A stretch of 64,000 nucleotides of DNA from Octopus bimaculoides (lineage: Eukaryota), in the NCBI RefSeq assembly GCF_001194135.2, contig NC_068997.1, positions 55,611,534-55,675,533 of the forward strand, read 5' to 3'. The translations under genes and the position numbers were made by a program. Shown here one piece after another: positions 13,401 to 27,478 of the stretch; the first letter of the stretch is position 1, and each line of letters opens with the position of its first letter. The notes beneath the pieces are model-generated. The model was not told the origin of the DNA. It made no database searches and was given only the letters and a program-made list of their open reading frames with translations.

Positions 13401-14331
13401 ATATATTATATTGCATTATATCATATTGGGATATATGTGCTCCATCTATAAACTTGCAACTTTTCTGCCAATAAAAAATATATGTCCATATATTGAGTTC
13501 TATTTCTCCTGTTTGTTCCACTACATGCGCGTGTGTCTATGTGTGTGTGTGTGTGTTTGTGTGTGAATCTGTGTGTTTGTGTAATGTTACAATGGAGACT
13601 GCATCGATAGGAGAGACCTCTATTGAATGAGATTCTGATTTCTTGTTGCTCTCACTCTTTTTAATCTATTCAGTGATTTCCCATCACTACTTCAGCAAGT
13701 ACAATGAAGTCTATGCTTTACAAAAGAGATCTAATGAGACTGAAACATAATCACAGTTATCTCCCTTACCAAAATTATCAAAATAATATTAATCCCTTAT
13801 TTTTTCCTTACCATATAATTTTTTTTTAATCAGATATTTCTTGCACACTATATTGAATATATTAACACTAATTTAATCACATGGGGTATGCTTAGATGTT
13901 GGTTTTCTTTTGTATCATTCACCAATTAGGTGAATGACATAGCAGTTTTGTCATTGCATTATAAATACTTTCTGTCAAGTAATACCTTATAAAAAATGCC
14001 TTGCAATTTATATTAAGAGTAGCTTCTACAAGCCAATATATTGCTTTCTATGGTTTAGAAAATCCATACTGCTCTTTTGGGCTTCACAGATTGGTGGTAC
14101 AAAGAATGCAAGTTATTCTTAACCCTTTTATTGACCCGTTTCTGTTGAAATACACTGCCTTGACTAATCAATTGTGAAAGTAATGATGAATTTAATAAAC
14201 TAAATTCGTTTAATAAACTGGCATTTGGAAAATAAATGAGCATGAAATTTTGATGGAATTTTTATTTCAAATTGCTTTAAAATAGGACATGAGAGTATTG
14301 TAGTTCGCTTGAAGCATTGTGTATTGTTTGC

Positions 14332-14630
14332 AAAGAATGAAATGTTTCGAATGGTACAACAATGCACTATATGCCTGTTGTGATTTAACCATCCATAGTC
14401 TGATAATATTTTGGAATAAAATTCCTTCCTCAGATATCCCTAGGAATTGATGGAGTTGCTGCTATAACTGGTTTATACTGATTATAGCAGTGATTCTATC
14501 TAAGAATATCTGAGGAAGGAATTTTATTCCAAAATATCATCAGACTATGGATGGTTAAATCACAACAGGCATATAGCCCACTGTTTGTAATATAGTGCAT
14601 TGTTGTAGCATTCGAAACATTTCATTCTTT
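14332..14630. repeat. Long inverted repeat (fold-back): 106 paired bp, 2 mismatches, 19-nt bulge
   Basis: Arm 14332-14437 is the reverse complement of 14506-14630; inner ctgctataa/ttatagcag stem. Confidence 0.95.
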
Positions 14631-14804
14631 AAAATAGGAATTTTTTTTATAGAACTATAGCCAGAGTCTGGTGCCTTGAAATCAAAAAGGCTAACTAAGA
14701 AAGTTCTGGCCCAAGTTTCAAAATGGACTCTTTCACTAAAGGCCCATAAGGACCAGATGTTTGTGTTAAACTGAGCAATAGATTAAGCCTGTTGCTCCAT
14801 ATGC

Positions 14805-14945
14805 ACATGGCTTGATGGTTAGGGTGTTACACTCATGATCAACAGATTCTAGGTTTGATTCCTAGATTGGGCTGCTTGTCATGTTCTTTAGCAAAACATT
14901 TAATTTCATGTTGCTCTAGTGCTGTTTGGGGACTGGCATGCCAAA
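14805..14945 (+). mobile_element. tRNA-headed SINE fragment (family of 42415-42718)
   Basis: A-box-like tggcttgatggttagg, B-box-like ggtttgattcc. Confidence 0.6.
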
Positions 14946-17561
14946 GAATAGGCCCAACATTTCTTCTGTGTGCTGTAAAAGATGACGAAAAGAGGTCAGG
15001 TAGGATTTGTACTTTGACCTCATAAAACACACACCAGTACTGAGCACCCAGACAGAGCCCTACATGGGAGGTTTGTCATTCAACAAATGGAAGATGTACC
15101 AATGCGTTGTTACAGGGCATGCCCACATACTACTACAACTGCTACTGCTGCTACTACTACTACAACAAAACAGGAATTGTTTCTCAGACAGGATTCTGTA
15201 AAATGCTACAAATTTTATCAGGTTTTGGTTAAATCTGAGGCTTTGCAAGAAGTCATTTAGCTTGGTGCCATGCATTGAGATGGAACCCAGAATCACATAA
15301 GTGCAAAATGAAGTTGTTAATCTCATAGCCAAGTGGGATTATATTAAGTTCTGCTGGTATTAAGACTATGTTGTGTTTCCATTCCTCATCATGACAATTT
15401 ACCATGTTTCCAAGAGTTAAAAAAGTAAAGCAATAAATAATGTCTGAGATTTAATGGTTTTTACATCCAAGCAAATTTCTTTCCACCTCTTTTCATTTTT
15501 TAATGCCTTACCTTCAAAAACTTCTTATGAATATTTTACCAATTCCTCTCTCTGCCTATCATTGGAATTTTTTAAATATATAAAGAGACAACAACAGATT
15601 GGAATCGGTGAAATATATTTTTTAAGTAGTTAACCAAGACTTTATTGTTGTTTAGTTATCAAAACAATATCTTCAATGCCACTTCAGAAAATTCTTTGAA
15701 TTCTTGGTCTCAAAGAATATAATCCATCACTCCATTCGTTGTCTTGCTTAGGAAGCTGAAAACCTATCTCCATAAATCATGCAGTGTTTTTGGAAAGAAT
15801 AAAATCTATTTTTCATTTACATATTTGCTTAATCTATATTAAAGGAGACTTTCATACAAAGACAACTTCTTCCATCGTTAATATAATTTCTTCTTTGATT
15901 AATTGAAGCAAACAAATGATGATCCATGCTTTATGTCTTCCTCAGCCTCAAGTATAATTCCATTTAAATCTGGGAAGTTTTATAGAAATTTAAAGAAGAA
16001 AAAAAACCTTCAGTACTTAACTGCTACTTTATTTCCATCCCTTCAAAATGATTAAAGGCAAAGCTGATAGGGATAGGATTTGAACTCAAAATGTAAAGGT
16101 CTGTAATTAGATATATACATACAGTCATGTGCATACATATACATTCCCGCACATAAACATGTTTATACACAGACACACATATGCGTGTGTGTGTGTGTGT
16201 TTGTATGTATGTATATATATATTGTGAGGTTATACAGTCCAGCACAACATGAAATTACAAAATATCAACTATGTTACAAGGCGTGACGAAGTGCTGAATT
16301 ATAGAAAACAGATTATTACTTATTATTGATCTGTAAATTGAGGAAAATCTATATGTAATATTGATTTCTTGCTTAAGAACATAGACACTCATTCTTAGTT
16401 GCATGTTAGTGGATTACATCAACCACAGTATTTAACTGGTACTCGTTTGAACTAGAAGGAAAGATGAAGCAATGAGGGAATGTCTAAGTGGACACTGGAG
16501 TTGCTAAAAATAACAGCCAAATCTTACTTAAATCATCTGCTATTGAGGTTAGGAAAAGACATATTAAATGTTACTAATTGGATGGGATTGTCATGGCTGG
16601 ATTTTCTTTGATAATAATTCTGTTGATTCAGGTTTAATTTAGGGTTAAAGAATTACAATGACAACATGGTACTAATCCTTCTGAAGTATGAACTAAAAAT
16701 GTAAATATGTCCAATGCCCCACATTTTCTATCAATTTACTATTGATGGTGGACTTTCTGTCCATTTATGTTCTGATTTTTTAAATCCTACCAACTTTACT
16801 GTGTCTTACATTCTTCCAGCATCTATATAATAAGAACTAGGCAGAGATTGAGGCCAATTTGAAACTCTGTTACGATCTTAAGAAATCATTAGTTCTAAAT
16901 GGGAAAATAAAATCAACCAACAAATAAGGCAGATTCCTAATTAAATGATCAATCACACACAGAATTTCAATTAACCAATCATTGATGTAATCTATTTAAG
17001 GCCTTCTCTAATGAGCTGTGATTGTCGAAAGGATGGTACCTTAGGAAGATAACATGAAGCAGACAAATGAAGGAATGAGCCTAAAATATGGAGGACTTCA
17101 GGAATTTTGTTAAGTATGAGGATGGCAATGTATGGTGCTTTCATTAGCGGTGGGATGTGCATGGCTTGTGGCTAGATCCACCATTCTTATATGGTTGGAA
17201 TCAGACTTAGGAAAGACTGTTCAAAGAACTGGAGAAGGAAATGCAAGGTACTCCACAAAAGCTATGGCAAAGACTTGAAAAATGAAAGAGATAAGTTGAG
17301 AGCAAAGAAGAAATTCTCAGTGGCTTGTAAAACAAAACAATTGTTGAATGATTGGAGTGATTTTAGGAGTAGGTAGCTTTGTACAGAATTAAATGAATGA
17401 TGGGGGGTAAACTGTGCTAGAACAGTGTGAGCCAAATGGTTCCCACATTTCATTGTAGCAGCTAATGTTGCTCAACACCCCTGGATGGAGTATTACTGGT
17501 GAAAGGTACCAAAATTGTGTACATTATTTACATTATTGATATTTTGATGCCATATGCCCGT

Positions 17562-17800
17562 GGGCATATGGCATAGTGGTTAAGAGCACGGGCTACTAAC
17601 ACCAAGATTCCAAGTTCGATTCCAGGCAGTAACCTGAATAATAGTAATAATAATAAAATTGAAAAACACCTTAGGAATAAGAACCCAGGTTCAATTTTTC
17701 CCCAAGACACCTGATGAAGGCTGGAGGGTATATCAGATGAAAGGTTGTGTTAACAACAAACAAGATGAGGACAAATATCCGTCAAAATGTAAATAATGTA
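17562..17800 (+). mobile_element. tRNA-derived SINE with Penelope-like 3' tail
   Basis: A box tggcatagtgg, B box gttcgattcc, (TAA)n spacer, tail containing CTGATGA...GAAA and ending gtaaataatgta. Confidence 0.75.
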
Positions 17801-18738
17801 ATTGCAACCCATGCTAGCATGGAAAGCAAACGTTAAACAATGATGAAGGTACCAAAATTGTTAACAGCAGATGAAAAGTGCAAATTCTATGTAACACACA
17901 CACACACACACACACACATGCACATATTTTTTATTTGCGGACTAACAATACTACCAGTACTTTCATGTGGAAATTCATTCCACAATTTTCAAATGATCCA
18001 CTTAAAAATGCTGGCAATCATCATGTCATTCAGAGCGGAAGCAATTTCCGACATTTTAGATTGTTTGAAAATTGTAGAAAATCTTTTCAAATGAAACTAT
18101 CAGTAGCTTTGTTAAACCCCAAATAATACTTATCCACAAAATGCAGTCTTGAGCACTCATTCTCAGTGCGTATACATATATATGTCATAATGTATAAACT
18201 TATTAGAGACAATTCTTTAAGCCTTTATTATCAACTTTACAATGATTTATCATGTAGTTGTCAGTGTTGCTGCAAAAGACATTTTGTACTCTCATAATTT
18301 AGTGAACCATATACCTATTCTCAAATCTTGCCGAAGCTACCCAAAATTTTTCATCCAAAGGACAATCAATAAAATAGTGATTTGTAACCATTTCCAGTTA
18401 AAATTTCTGATAGGCGCTATACTTACACCTAATGTATGACGTGTTCTTAAATATCCAATGGACTTTAAAAGTTATAGATTTCTTGTCTTCCGTCGTAATG
18501 CAGTTTTAGACTATAACTAGAAATTCTGTTAAATATAGATTTCTTAGCAAGACACATGGCGCCAAAATTTTGCAAGGGAAAGGAAATCGGAACTGTAATG
18601 TTTGTTCCTTTCCCAAAAGCAGTTGTGGCATAACTTAATTGAAATATCTTCAGCAAGCAAGCAAAACCACATCACAAACGTGGTTTACTTTTATTTCCTG
18701 GAAGAACACATCCCTAGTAATATACACACATACATACA

Positions 18739-18842
<104 letters not shown>

Positions 18843-19285
18843 CATGCATACATATATATGTGTGTGTGTGTGTGTCTGTGTGTGTATGCATAAGAAGAAC
18901 TAGAAAACATGCCATCCAAACTATGCCAGAAATAACAGGTATAGGAAGATTTACCCAATGTGCTCATATATAAGAAAACAAAGACTAGTGATGTTGTTGA
19001 TGTTATTGCTGCTGCTGCTGTTGTTGATTTTGGTGGTGATGGTGGTGGTGGTGGTGGCATTTAACCCCAGGTCAGCTCTGATCTAGCAGATTTCCAATCA
19101 GAAATATTTCAGCCATGGCTACTGTCCCATTTTTACGTACTTATTCATATTTTTTTTCAAATGTAGTGTATCAAGGATTACACCATTCAATGTGTTCTTA
19201 ACATTTCTAAGATGACAGGCTGTGATTTGAAGGAGATTTGATTGTTATTTCTAGGAAGGTATGAACTATATATAGCACTCTCTCC

Positions 19286-19328
<43 letters not shown>

Positions 19329-22300
19329 GTCTGTATGTGTATGCTTTGTTTGAAAGAATGAGAAGACAAACTATGAATGGCAAACAGTAATAGAAATATA
19401 GTCAACTCTGATTAGAGAGGATGTCGACTACCAAGTGACCTGTGACCTGTCATTATATAAACAAAATACCAAATTACAGTAAACACAATTCTGTAAGTGG
19501 TAGGAATAGTTGTATATGTGTGTGTGTGTAACTGTGAGTTATCTAATATACATATCAATGAAAAAAGCCTCTTTCCATATTACACAAAGTTTATCTGACA
19601 TTAGAATGACAAAGCTAATGATGGAAAAAGATGTCCACAACACTCTTAAACGATGGCTTTCTACTATTATGTTTTTATGTAGACAACCAGGAGAAATGAC
19701 TCGGTAGATCATCTCATGTGGATATAGTTTACATTTGGAAGACAGTTAAGGAGTGATTCGAGGTAAAGTTGGCTGCTGTTTCTTGTAGTATTACTACAGA
19801 ATGTGTGTGTGAAAGAAAGAATAATTAACAGACAAAGTGAGAAAGACAAGTAGAGTTCAGTTAACAAGGGATATTATATAAGGAAGAAAAATTAAATAAA
19901 ATAAAAGACAAGGAAAAAAAATGTCGTTTGTGAAGAAAGAAAATCTAAACAGGAAGTTGACTGTTACCAAAGTATTGAATAGTGAATTAGATCAAAGATT
20001 AGAGAAGAATTAGCAGCCGGCACGGACAATATATCATTCTTTGATCATTGGCTGAGAAATAAATAGTGATAAACTTAAGAATATTGTCTGATTGATAGAT
20101 GAATGTTAGGTTTAGATTGTTCAAAGAATACATGGAAGCGAATTGAGACTTTGGCATTTTACATTTGAAGATAAAATTGGCTTAGCAACATAAATGTATA
20201 TAGAAATATATACAAAGGCATATGTACACATGGGTTAACATTAGCTTATGAACATACAGGGGCATTGGGAATACAGAGGAAATGTATGTATAAATGTGCT
20301 AAAAGAAATAATAGGCACAGACATGCATGCATACCTACCTACATACAGACCTAACTATATACATACATATATGCATACATGCATAAATACCTACCTACAT
20401 ACATTCATACGTACATATATACATACAAACATACGTGCTTACTTATATACAATGGAGTATACATACATAAATACTTACATGTATACACACATACATGCAT
20501 ACATACATATATATATATACATACATATATATGCATACATGCATGCATGCATACATACCAGTTCCTTCCTTACAGGAAGACTTGAAATAATTAAAAATAT
20601 AAGAGTACATATATACAGGTTAAAATTGATTTATATAAATATACATCTATATACATATATACACTAAGATGTGATAATATTGGCTTAAGAACATAATTGC
20701 ATACAGAATCAGACACACAAAAACGTTTGTACACACATGTTAAAATTGGTGTATAAATATAAGCTTACACAGAAATACACACAAAACTGTGTGTACATAC
20801 ATGTGCTAACATTGGTTTCTGAAAATAAACACACACAAAAATATAGACAAAACTGTCCGTATACATGTATTTAGGAACATAGATGTATAGAGAAATACAC
20901 AGAAAAAGCGTGTGCACACATGCAGCTTATGAACACAAACGCACACATGCATACGTATTCACATGTGGTTACACACATAGACAAATCAATAACAAAGATA
21001 TTTGTAAGAACTATAATGAATGGAAGAATGACATGTAAACAATTAGGATAGACAGTAGAGCAATTTAGAGAAATCAGAGCTGGCCATTTGAAAGTCATAC
21101 ATTGATATGTTAACAATGTAATATCTGTCTAACATATCAAAAGGTTGTGAAAAGCTCACTACATTAAATAAAAGTAGATTAACCCAATCATGACTAAATA
21201 ATCTCAATGTTACATGACAAAAGTAAAAAAAAAATAAAATAAAGCATGAGATTTAATCTTGGTTTGTGTGCACAAGGCGTGGCTGTGTGGTAAAGATGTT
21301 TTCTTTGTTACTAAATAGCTTTGTGTTCAACACTACTGTGTGTGTGTGTGCGTGTGTGTGTGTGTGTGTGTTTTTACTTTGGGTAAGTGTCTTTTTTATC
21401 GTAGCTTCAAAGTGATGGATGCCATGTCAGTATAAGTCAGGAGATACAAACCCGAAGGGAGCTGTAGCACCAGCATGACCTGGTCCTTGGGTATCATTAA
21501 TAGAATCCATCATGTTTTAAACATGTGTGTCAGGACTCCCAGTTTAAGCATAGCATTCTCCATTTCACCAATCTCAGAACAACAAACTGAGCTGTAAGCA
21601 ATGATGTCATTCCCATTTCTCTTCCTCATCAAATCATCAGCTAGCTTTGAAGACAGATGGAATAAGATGACCCTTAATTGAAAAACAAGTAAGGATTAGC
21701 AACAAGATGGACATCCAGCTGTAAAACAATACTCCAATAATATATTTGCTTAATCCATACCAGTATGGAAAGAGACAAGAGAGCAATAAAAGTAAAGGAA
21801 GCAAATGAAGAAAAGTTGAGCTGCAAGAAAACAAAGTCGATAACTCCATTTTCATTCCCAGTTGTCAGCATTTTGCTTCATTTTGGTTGTGAAGAAATTT
21901 ATTTCACTCAATTTCCCTTCAAATATTTGAAACCTACCTTACTTGAATGATAGCATTTTTATAGCGCTATAGCTCTTACTTTCCTACCTCACTCCCAAAA
22001 TTTGATAAATCCACCATTTTGTATTTCAAAACTATAAAGAATGCGAATAATATATTTATTTAATTAAAAATGCTTGGATTTTAGTGTTTGCTGGAATATG
22101 CTTAGCTTCAATAGAAGATGCCTATCATACAATCTTCCAAATAAAGTATTCTCTGAATGTCTTCAAGTGCCATTTTTCAGAACACACACGCATTTACATA
22201 CATACACACACACATACACAATTGGGAAAGAATTGAATTTAGAGTTTCCATTTCTGTTAGAGATTCTCAATCTCTTAACCAGAATATCATATGAAGAAAT

Positions 22301-22394
22301 ATGGCACCTGCAATCAATTACAGATGCAGTAAAGTGAAATATCGCAGTTATAGACAGTACAGGTATGCACCCACAGACACACACGTATAGATAG

Positions 22395-22464
<70 letters not shown>

Positions 22465-23164
22465 AATATATATATTGATAGATATATGGAGAGATAGACA
22501 GATAGATATGCTTATAGCTATAGTATATCTATATAGATAGAATATGTATAGGTATGGCATATAACATATGCTGAAACAGCATATATAGGGCATAACGTAT
22601 TAATATAAAGCATTTAGATATCATATATAAAAAGTATATATAGACTTAGCATATATGGATACAGCATACAATACATAAAAATAACAGATATTGATGTGAT
22701 CTGTTGTCTCCATCGTCTTTCATATTCCATTTCTTGTATTTTAAGATACTCTGGTATCTTGTCACCACCATCTCTAAATTTTTTCCAACTAATCCCACTC
22801 ACCCTTATATAATGTGGGACAGCCATGTATCTCCTCTATAGCAAGACACCTGTCCTTGTTTCTCTATCATACTTTAGCCTCTCAACCCTTAGCATAAACC
22901 CTGTCAAGTTCTCTGCCTGCTTAGTTGAGTGTTCTGCAAGCCACTGGGTGGCCTTATGTAAGTGCAGGTGGCATCAAGAAAGTACCCAGTACACACTGTG
23001 AAATCAATGGTGGTAGGAAGGGCATCTGGCCATAGGAACTATGCCAAAGCTGACACTGAAACTCAATGTGACTCTGCAGCTCACTGGATCCTGTCAAACC
23101 ACCCAACCGATGCTAGCCTGGAAGCTGAACATTAAATGATGACAATCTGTGTGTGTGTGTGTAT

Positions 23165-23263
<99 letters not shown>

Positions 23264-23423
23264 CAGAGAGAGACAGAGAGAGAGACATATCATATATAGA
23301 TACCATGTATGTTGACATAGTGCATATATCAGTGTACTGTGTATGGATAGAATTATATCAGCATTGGAAAAGTTTGAGGTTAAACGTACTGTAGTAAAAT
23401 CTCATTTCTAATAGATATGAGAG

Positions 23424-23645
23424 GGGAGCCTCAACATAATTGTTTGGTCTGCTAGAAATAGCAGTTATATAAAGTAGTCAAATCTTCCTCAAATCACACT
23501 TCACCTCAGAAAAGAAGAGTCATTGGATAATGTAGTACTAGATGCATTATGTTTAAAAGTACAGGTGTGACAGCCACTACTGGAATACCTTTGGCCATAA
23601 TCATGTCTGACCAAGGATCTAGACATCATTAACTGCAACAACAAC
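23424..23645 (+). mobile_element. Unclassified ~220-250 bp SINE-like dispersed repeat with (ACA)n tail
   Basis: Head gggagcc...gctagaaatagcag...caaatc; related copies at about 16495-16705 (+), 3725-3940, 4960-5205 and 39240-39430 (-). Confidence 0.6.
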
Positions 23646-24242
23646 ATACCTCAAATAAAGAAATACATGATTGGTAATGTATGAGAGAGTAATAAGTCTC
23701 CTCACAGCAGGAACCAGGAGTCACTGACCAAATCGTCTTCAAAGAATTGAAATGTAATTTGCTGTCAGTCTCCATCTAAATGCAATCTATTGATGAAGCA
23801 ACTCAATTCCAAGACCTGTAAATCTGAAAGCTTTCACAGAACCATGACTGATGTAGAAACTTTTTCCAAAGATCATTGATTTAAAGAATTTTGTAGCCTT
23901 AAGAGTGCAAAGGAAATCAGCAATACCCCTAATGGCATTAATAGTTTTTGAAGAAGGGGAATTGAATTTTGGGATTCGGTTTTCTAAATATAGTCTGATA
24001 GCAAGGCATTTTGTTATAACAAGTCAATTGAATCCTAAAACTGGCTACGATTCTCAATTGAGAATGACAGTTGTAATTAAATAGCCAAATGCTGAGAAGG
24101 AAACTCTACATATATACAGCGTAATTTGGAAGATCACTTTTGATTGTGTATGAATAAATTTTAGTGAAATGGAATAAAAGACATAGTTTACTTGTAAATG
24201 TACTGCAACATCTAATCTAATAACAACAATAATCACACACAC

Positions 24243-24419
<177 letters not shown>

Positions 24420-24423
<4 letters not shown>

Positions 24424-24527
24424 ATCATCAATATACAGGGATTAGCAAGAGTTGCTCCTCCAACATACTGAAATTTCAGTATGTTGGAGAAGCAACTCTT
24501 GCTAATCCCTGTATATTTATGATTATA
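24420..24527. repeat. Loopless palindrome, 54-bp arms, 2 mismatches
   Basis: Centre ...actgaaa|tttcagt... at 24473/24474. Confidence 0.95.
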
Positions 24528-24622
24528 AATGGTTTTACAGATAAAGGTTTTTTCATACCGAACTACTTGGCAAAATTGTTAATTATTAATTTTATTACTA
24601 ATTGACGATTCCCTGCCCTATA

Positions 24623-24674
<52 letters not shown>

Positions 24675-26816
24675 TACGTTTAATTAAGTTTAATTATAAT
24701 TTGCAATTAACCTTGTGATTATTACCATCAATATTTTTCTGCCAATTTTTGTGATCCATTCTAGTATGGGTTAGAAAGATCTGCTACACATCATTATCTG
24801 CAGCATGCTTACTCAGTAATATTTCATGTATTATTCACATTTAATTGCATCAATCTAGATCAATTAACACCATAGTTAACTACCCAGATAACCATCTGCA
24901 TAAAAAACAATATTTAGGTAAATAGTAACAAATTTGATTAAGTCTATACTTTCCCTAATGAGGTCCAATGACACTGGAACAAATTCATAGTTGTCTCCCA
25001 TATGTGGTAAAATAAATGATTGTAATATTTGTCAGTATGTTAATGTTGTCTTTTCTTCACTTCATGATTATTTTCAACAAAATTTTTGATACTTATTAAC
25101 TGTAAAGACACGGCATCATAGGAACAAGTCTTTTTCAATAGCTTCATGTTGATCAATGCCTCATTTGGAAAAAATTGGTACATGGAAACTGTACAGAAGC
25201 TTACCATGTACATGTGTGTGTAAGAGAGTAAGAGAGAGAGAAAGCATGAGTGTGAGTGTGTGTGTGTGTGTGTGTGAGTATTTTCTTCAGTGGTCTTCAC
25301 ATTGATACTGCATGCGTCAAAGTGTGTTTGTTTACATCTGTAAACAATGCACCCCATGACTCCATGATTTCATGCCAAGATCAGTGAAACACTAATTTCT
25401 TGTGTGATAAAAAAATAAGGGTTGTTGAAAAGGAGAGCATCCAGCCATAGAATACTACCCCAGTAAGTCTATCAGCAGCCCTTGTTACCAAGGTGACATC
25501 AGACGTTAAATGATGATGATGATGATGATGATATTAGATATACCAACACTAATTTGAGTATAGATCATTTTTGGCTTGCCTCTAACACTGGTAATTTCCA
25601 TTATAAACTTAAAGCAATTTCCCAGCAAGAATAAATCATAGATTTAATACTAGTACATCAATATCTTTTAAATATATTGATTGGAGGCTTTCATGCCTCA
25701 TCTCCCTCACCTGAGCTCAACTTTTCTTGCATGATAACACTGAACGTCCCAAATTCAATATTCATTTCGATCTTTTCAAATCACTGCTGATGTAATTCAT
25801 CTCTTGTCCCTATTTCACATTTCTCATGCAGCACCTGCCATGTACTCAACATGTATGCTTTTAGACAGAGAGAGACAGACAGACAGACAGAGAGATTGAA
25901 AGTATAGAAGAGATGATGGGAGTTTATGTTGATGGGGGGAGAGAGAGAGAGTGTGTGTAAGACAGAGAAGGGGGTGAAAAGGAAGGGAGAAAGACAGAGA
26001 ATACGACAGAGAGGAAGACAAAGAGAAACAAGAATTTTTTCAATGAAAGTTTTATTTTGTTTAACTTCTCTCTTTCCCCTGTGATGCTGACTATTTAATT
26101 AGCTTATCAACATAATTAGAGAAGCCATTACATCTATAACTAATCATACTCCCAAGCTGGAGCAAATGCAAAATGTTTGATATTTTATTCCTGAATATTT
26201 TTATTCCGTAGCTGATGTTTCACGCTTTTGTAGCATTCAGTCTACAACTGATTTGGTGAAATTAGTGGAATTAATTTCATTTCGGTCAAGGCTTCCATAC
26301 TTTTATTATTCCAGACATCACAGATGCTTGTTGGTTGTTGCTTTTTTATCCAGTTGCTGATAACAGATGCTTTTTTTTTCTTACAAATAGTTTTCAAACT
26401 TAAATATCTATATACCTATACACATGCAAGTGCACGAGCACACACACACACACACACACACATGAAGTTACCTTTCTGCCATTTGTAATACCAAAGATAT
26501 ACATCATCATTTTCATTTGAATGTCCACTTTTTCCATGCTTGCAGGAGGCAGACAAAACTCTTTGGGTTAAATACTCTATGGTCAGATGCTTATCCTGTC
26601 ACCAACCCCAACCAATTTTCAAGCAAGATAATATTTCAAGTCATTTCCCCACATCCTCTCGATACAAACACCTAGACATGTTTTCACAGAAAATTGCAAA
26701 CAAATGGTGCCACTTGAATGATAATTACACACACACACACACATTTAATTACCCTTATATTTCTTTATTTCTTTTATCACAACCCACATTTCTGATGAAG
26801 CTGGTTTTGAACACTG

Positions 26817-27260
26817 ACCATTAAGACTATTCTGCAGAGACCTGAATAAGTGGAAATCCAAAGGAGCAATATCTGATGAATATGGAGGCTGGGGTAACAC
26901 ATCCCAGCCGAGCTGCAGCAATTTTTGTCTGGTTCCTAAAGAAATGTATGGTCTTGCATTATCATGTTGGAAAACAGCACCATTCCTGTTGGCCAATTCT
27001 GGACGTTTCTCTTGAATTGCTGCTTTTAACTCGTCCAGTTGTGTGCAGTATTTCTCAGAGTTAATTGTCTGGTTACTTGGGAGAAGCTCATAGTACAGAA
27101 TTCCTTTCCAATCCCACTAGACACAAAGCAAGACTTTTTAAGTTGAAGACCTGCTTTTGGGGTGGCTAAGGGTGGCTCATGTTGCTTACTCCAGGGTCAC
27201 TTTCTCTGAACATTTTGGTAGATAATCCATTTCTTCAGTTGTCCCTGTCCCATCTACTCC
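26817..27260 (-). mobile_element. Tc1/mariner (DD34D) transposase pseudogene fragment
   Basis: KWIIYQNVQRK*PWSKQHEPPLATPKAGLQLK/VLLCV*WDWKGILYYELLPSNQTINSEKYCTQLDELKAAIQEKRPELANRNGAVFQHDNARPYISLGTRQKLLQLGWDVLPQPPYSSDIAPLDFHLFRSLQNSLNG; matches mariner HDNARP and YSPDLAPSDYHLF motifs; 2 stops and a frameshift. Confidence 0.93.
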
Positions 27261-27478
27261 GTGTTTTGAAGGCAAGGACATATATANNNNNNNNNNNNNN
27301 NNNNNNNNNNNNNNNNNNNNNNNNNNNNNNNNNNNNNNNNNNNNNNNNNNNNNNNNNNNNNNNNNNNNNNNNNNNNNNNNNNNNNNNNNNNNNNNNNNNN
27401 NNNNNNNNNNNNNNNNNNNNNNNNNNNNNNNNNNNNNNNNNNNNNNNNNNNNNNNNNNNNNNNNNNNNNNNNNNNNCC

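Noticed and set aside
14390-14550. CTGATGA in the minus strand of the 14.3-kb fold-back as a hammerhead core
   Set aside because: No GAAA after a plausible stem II
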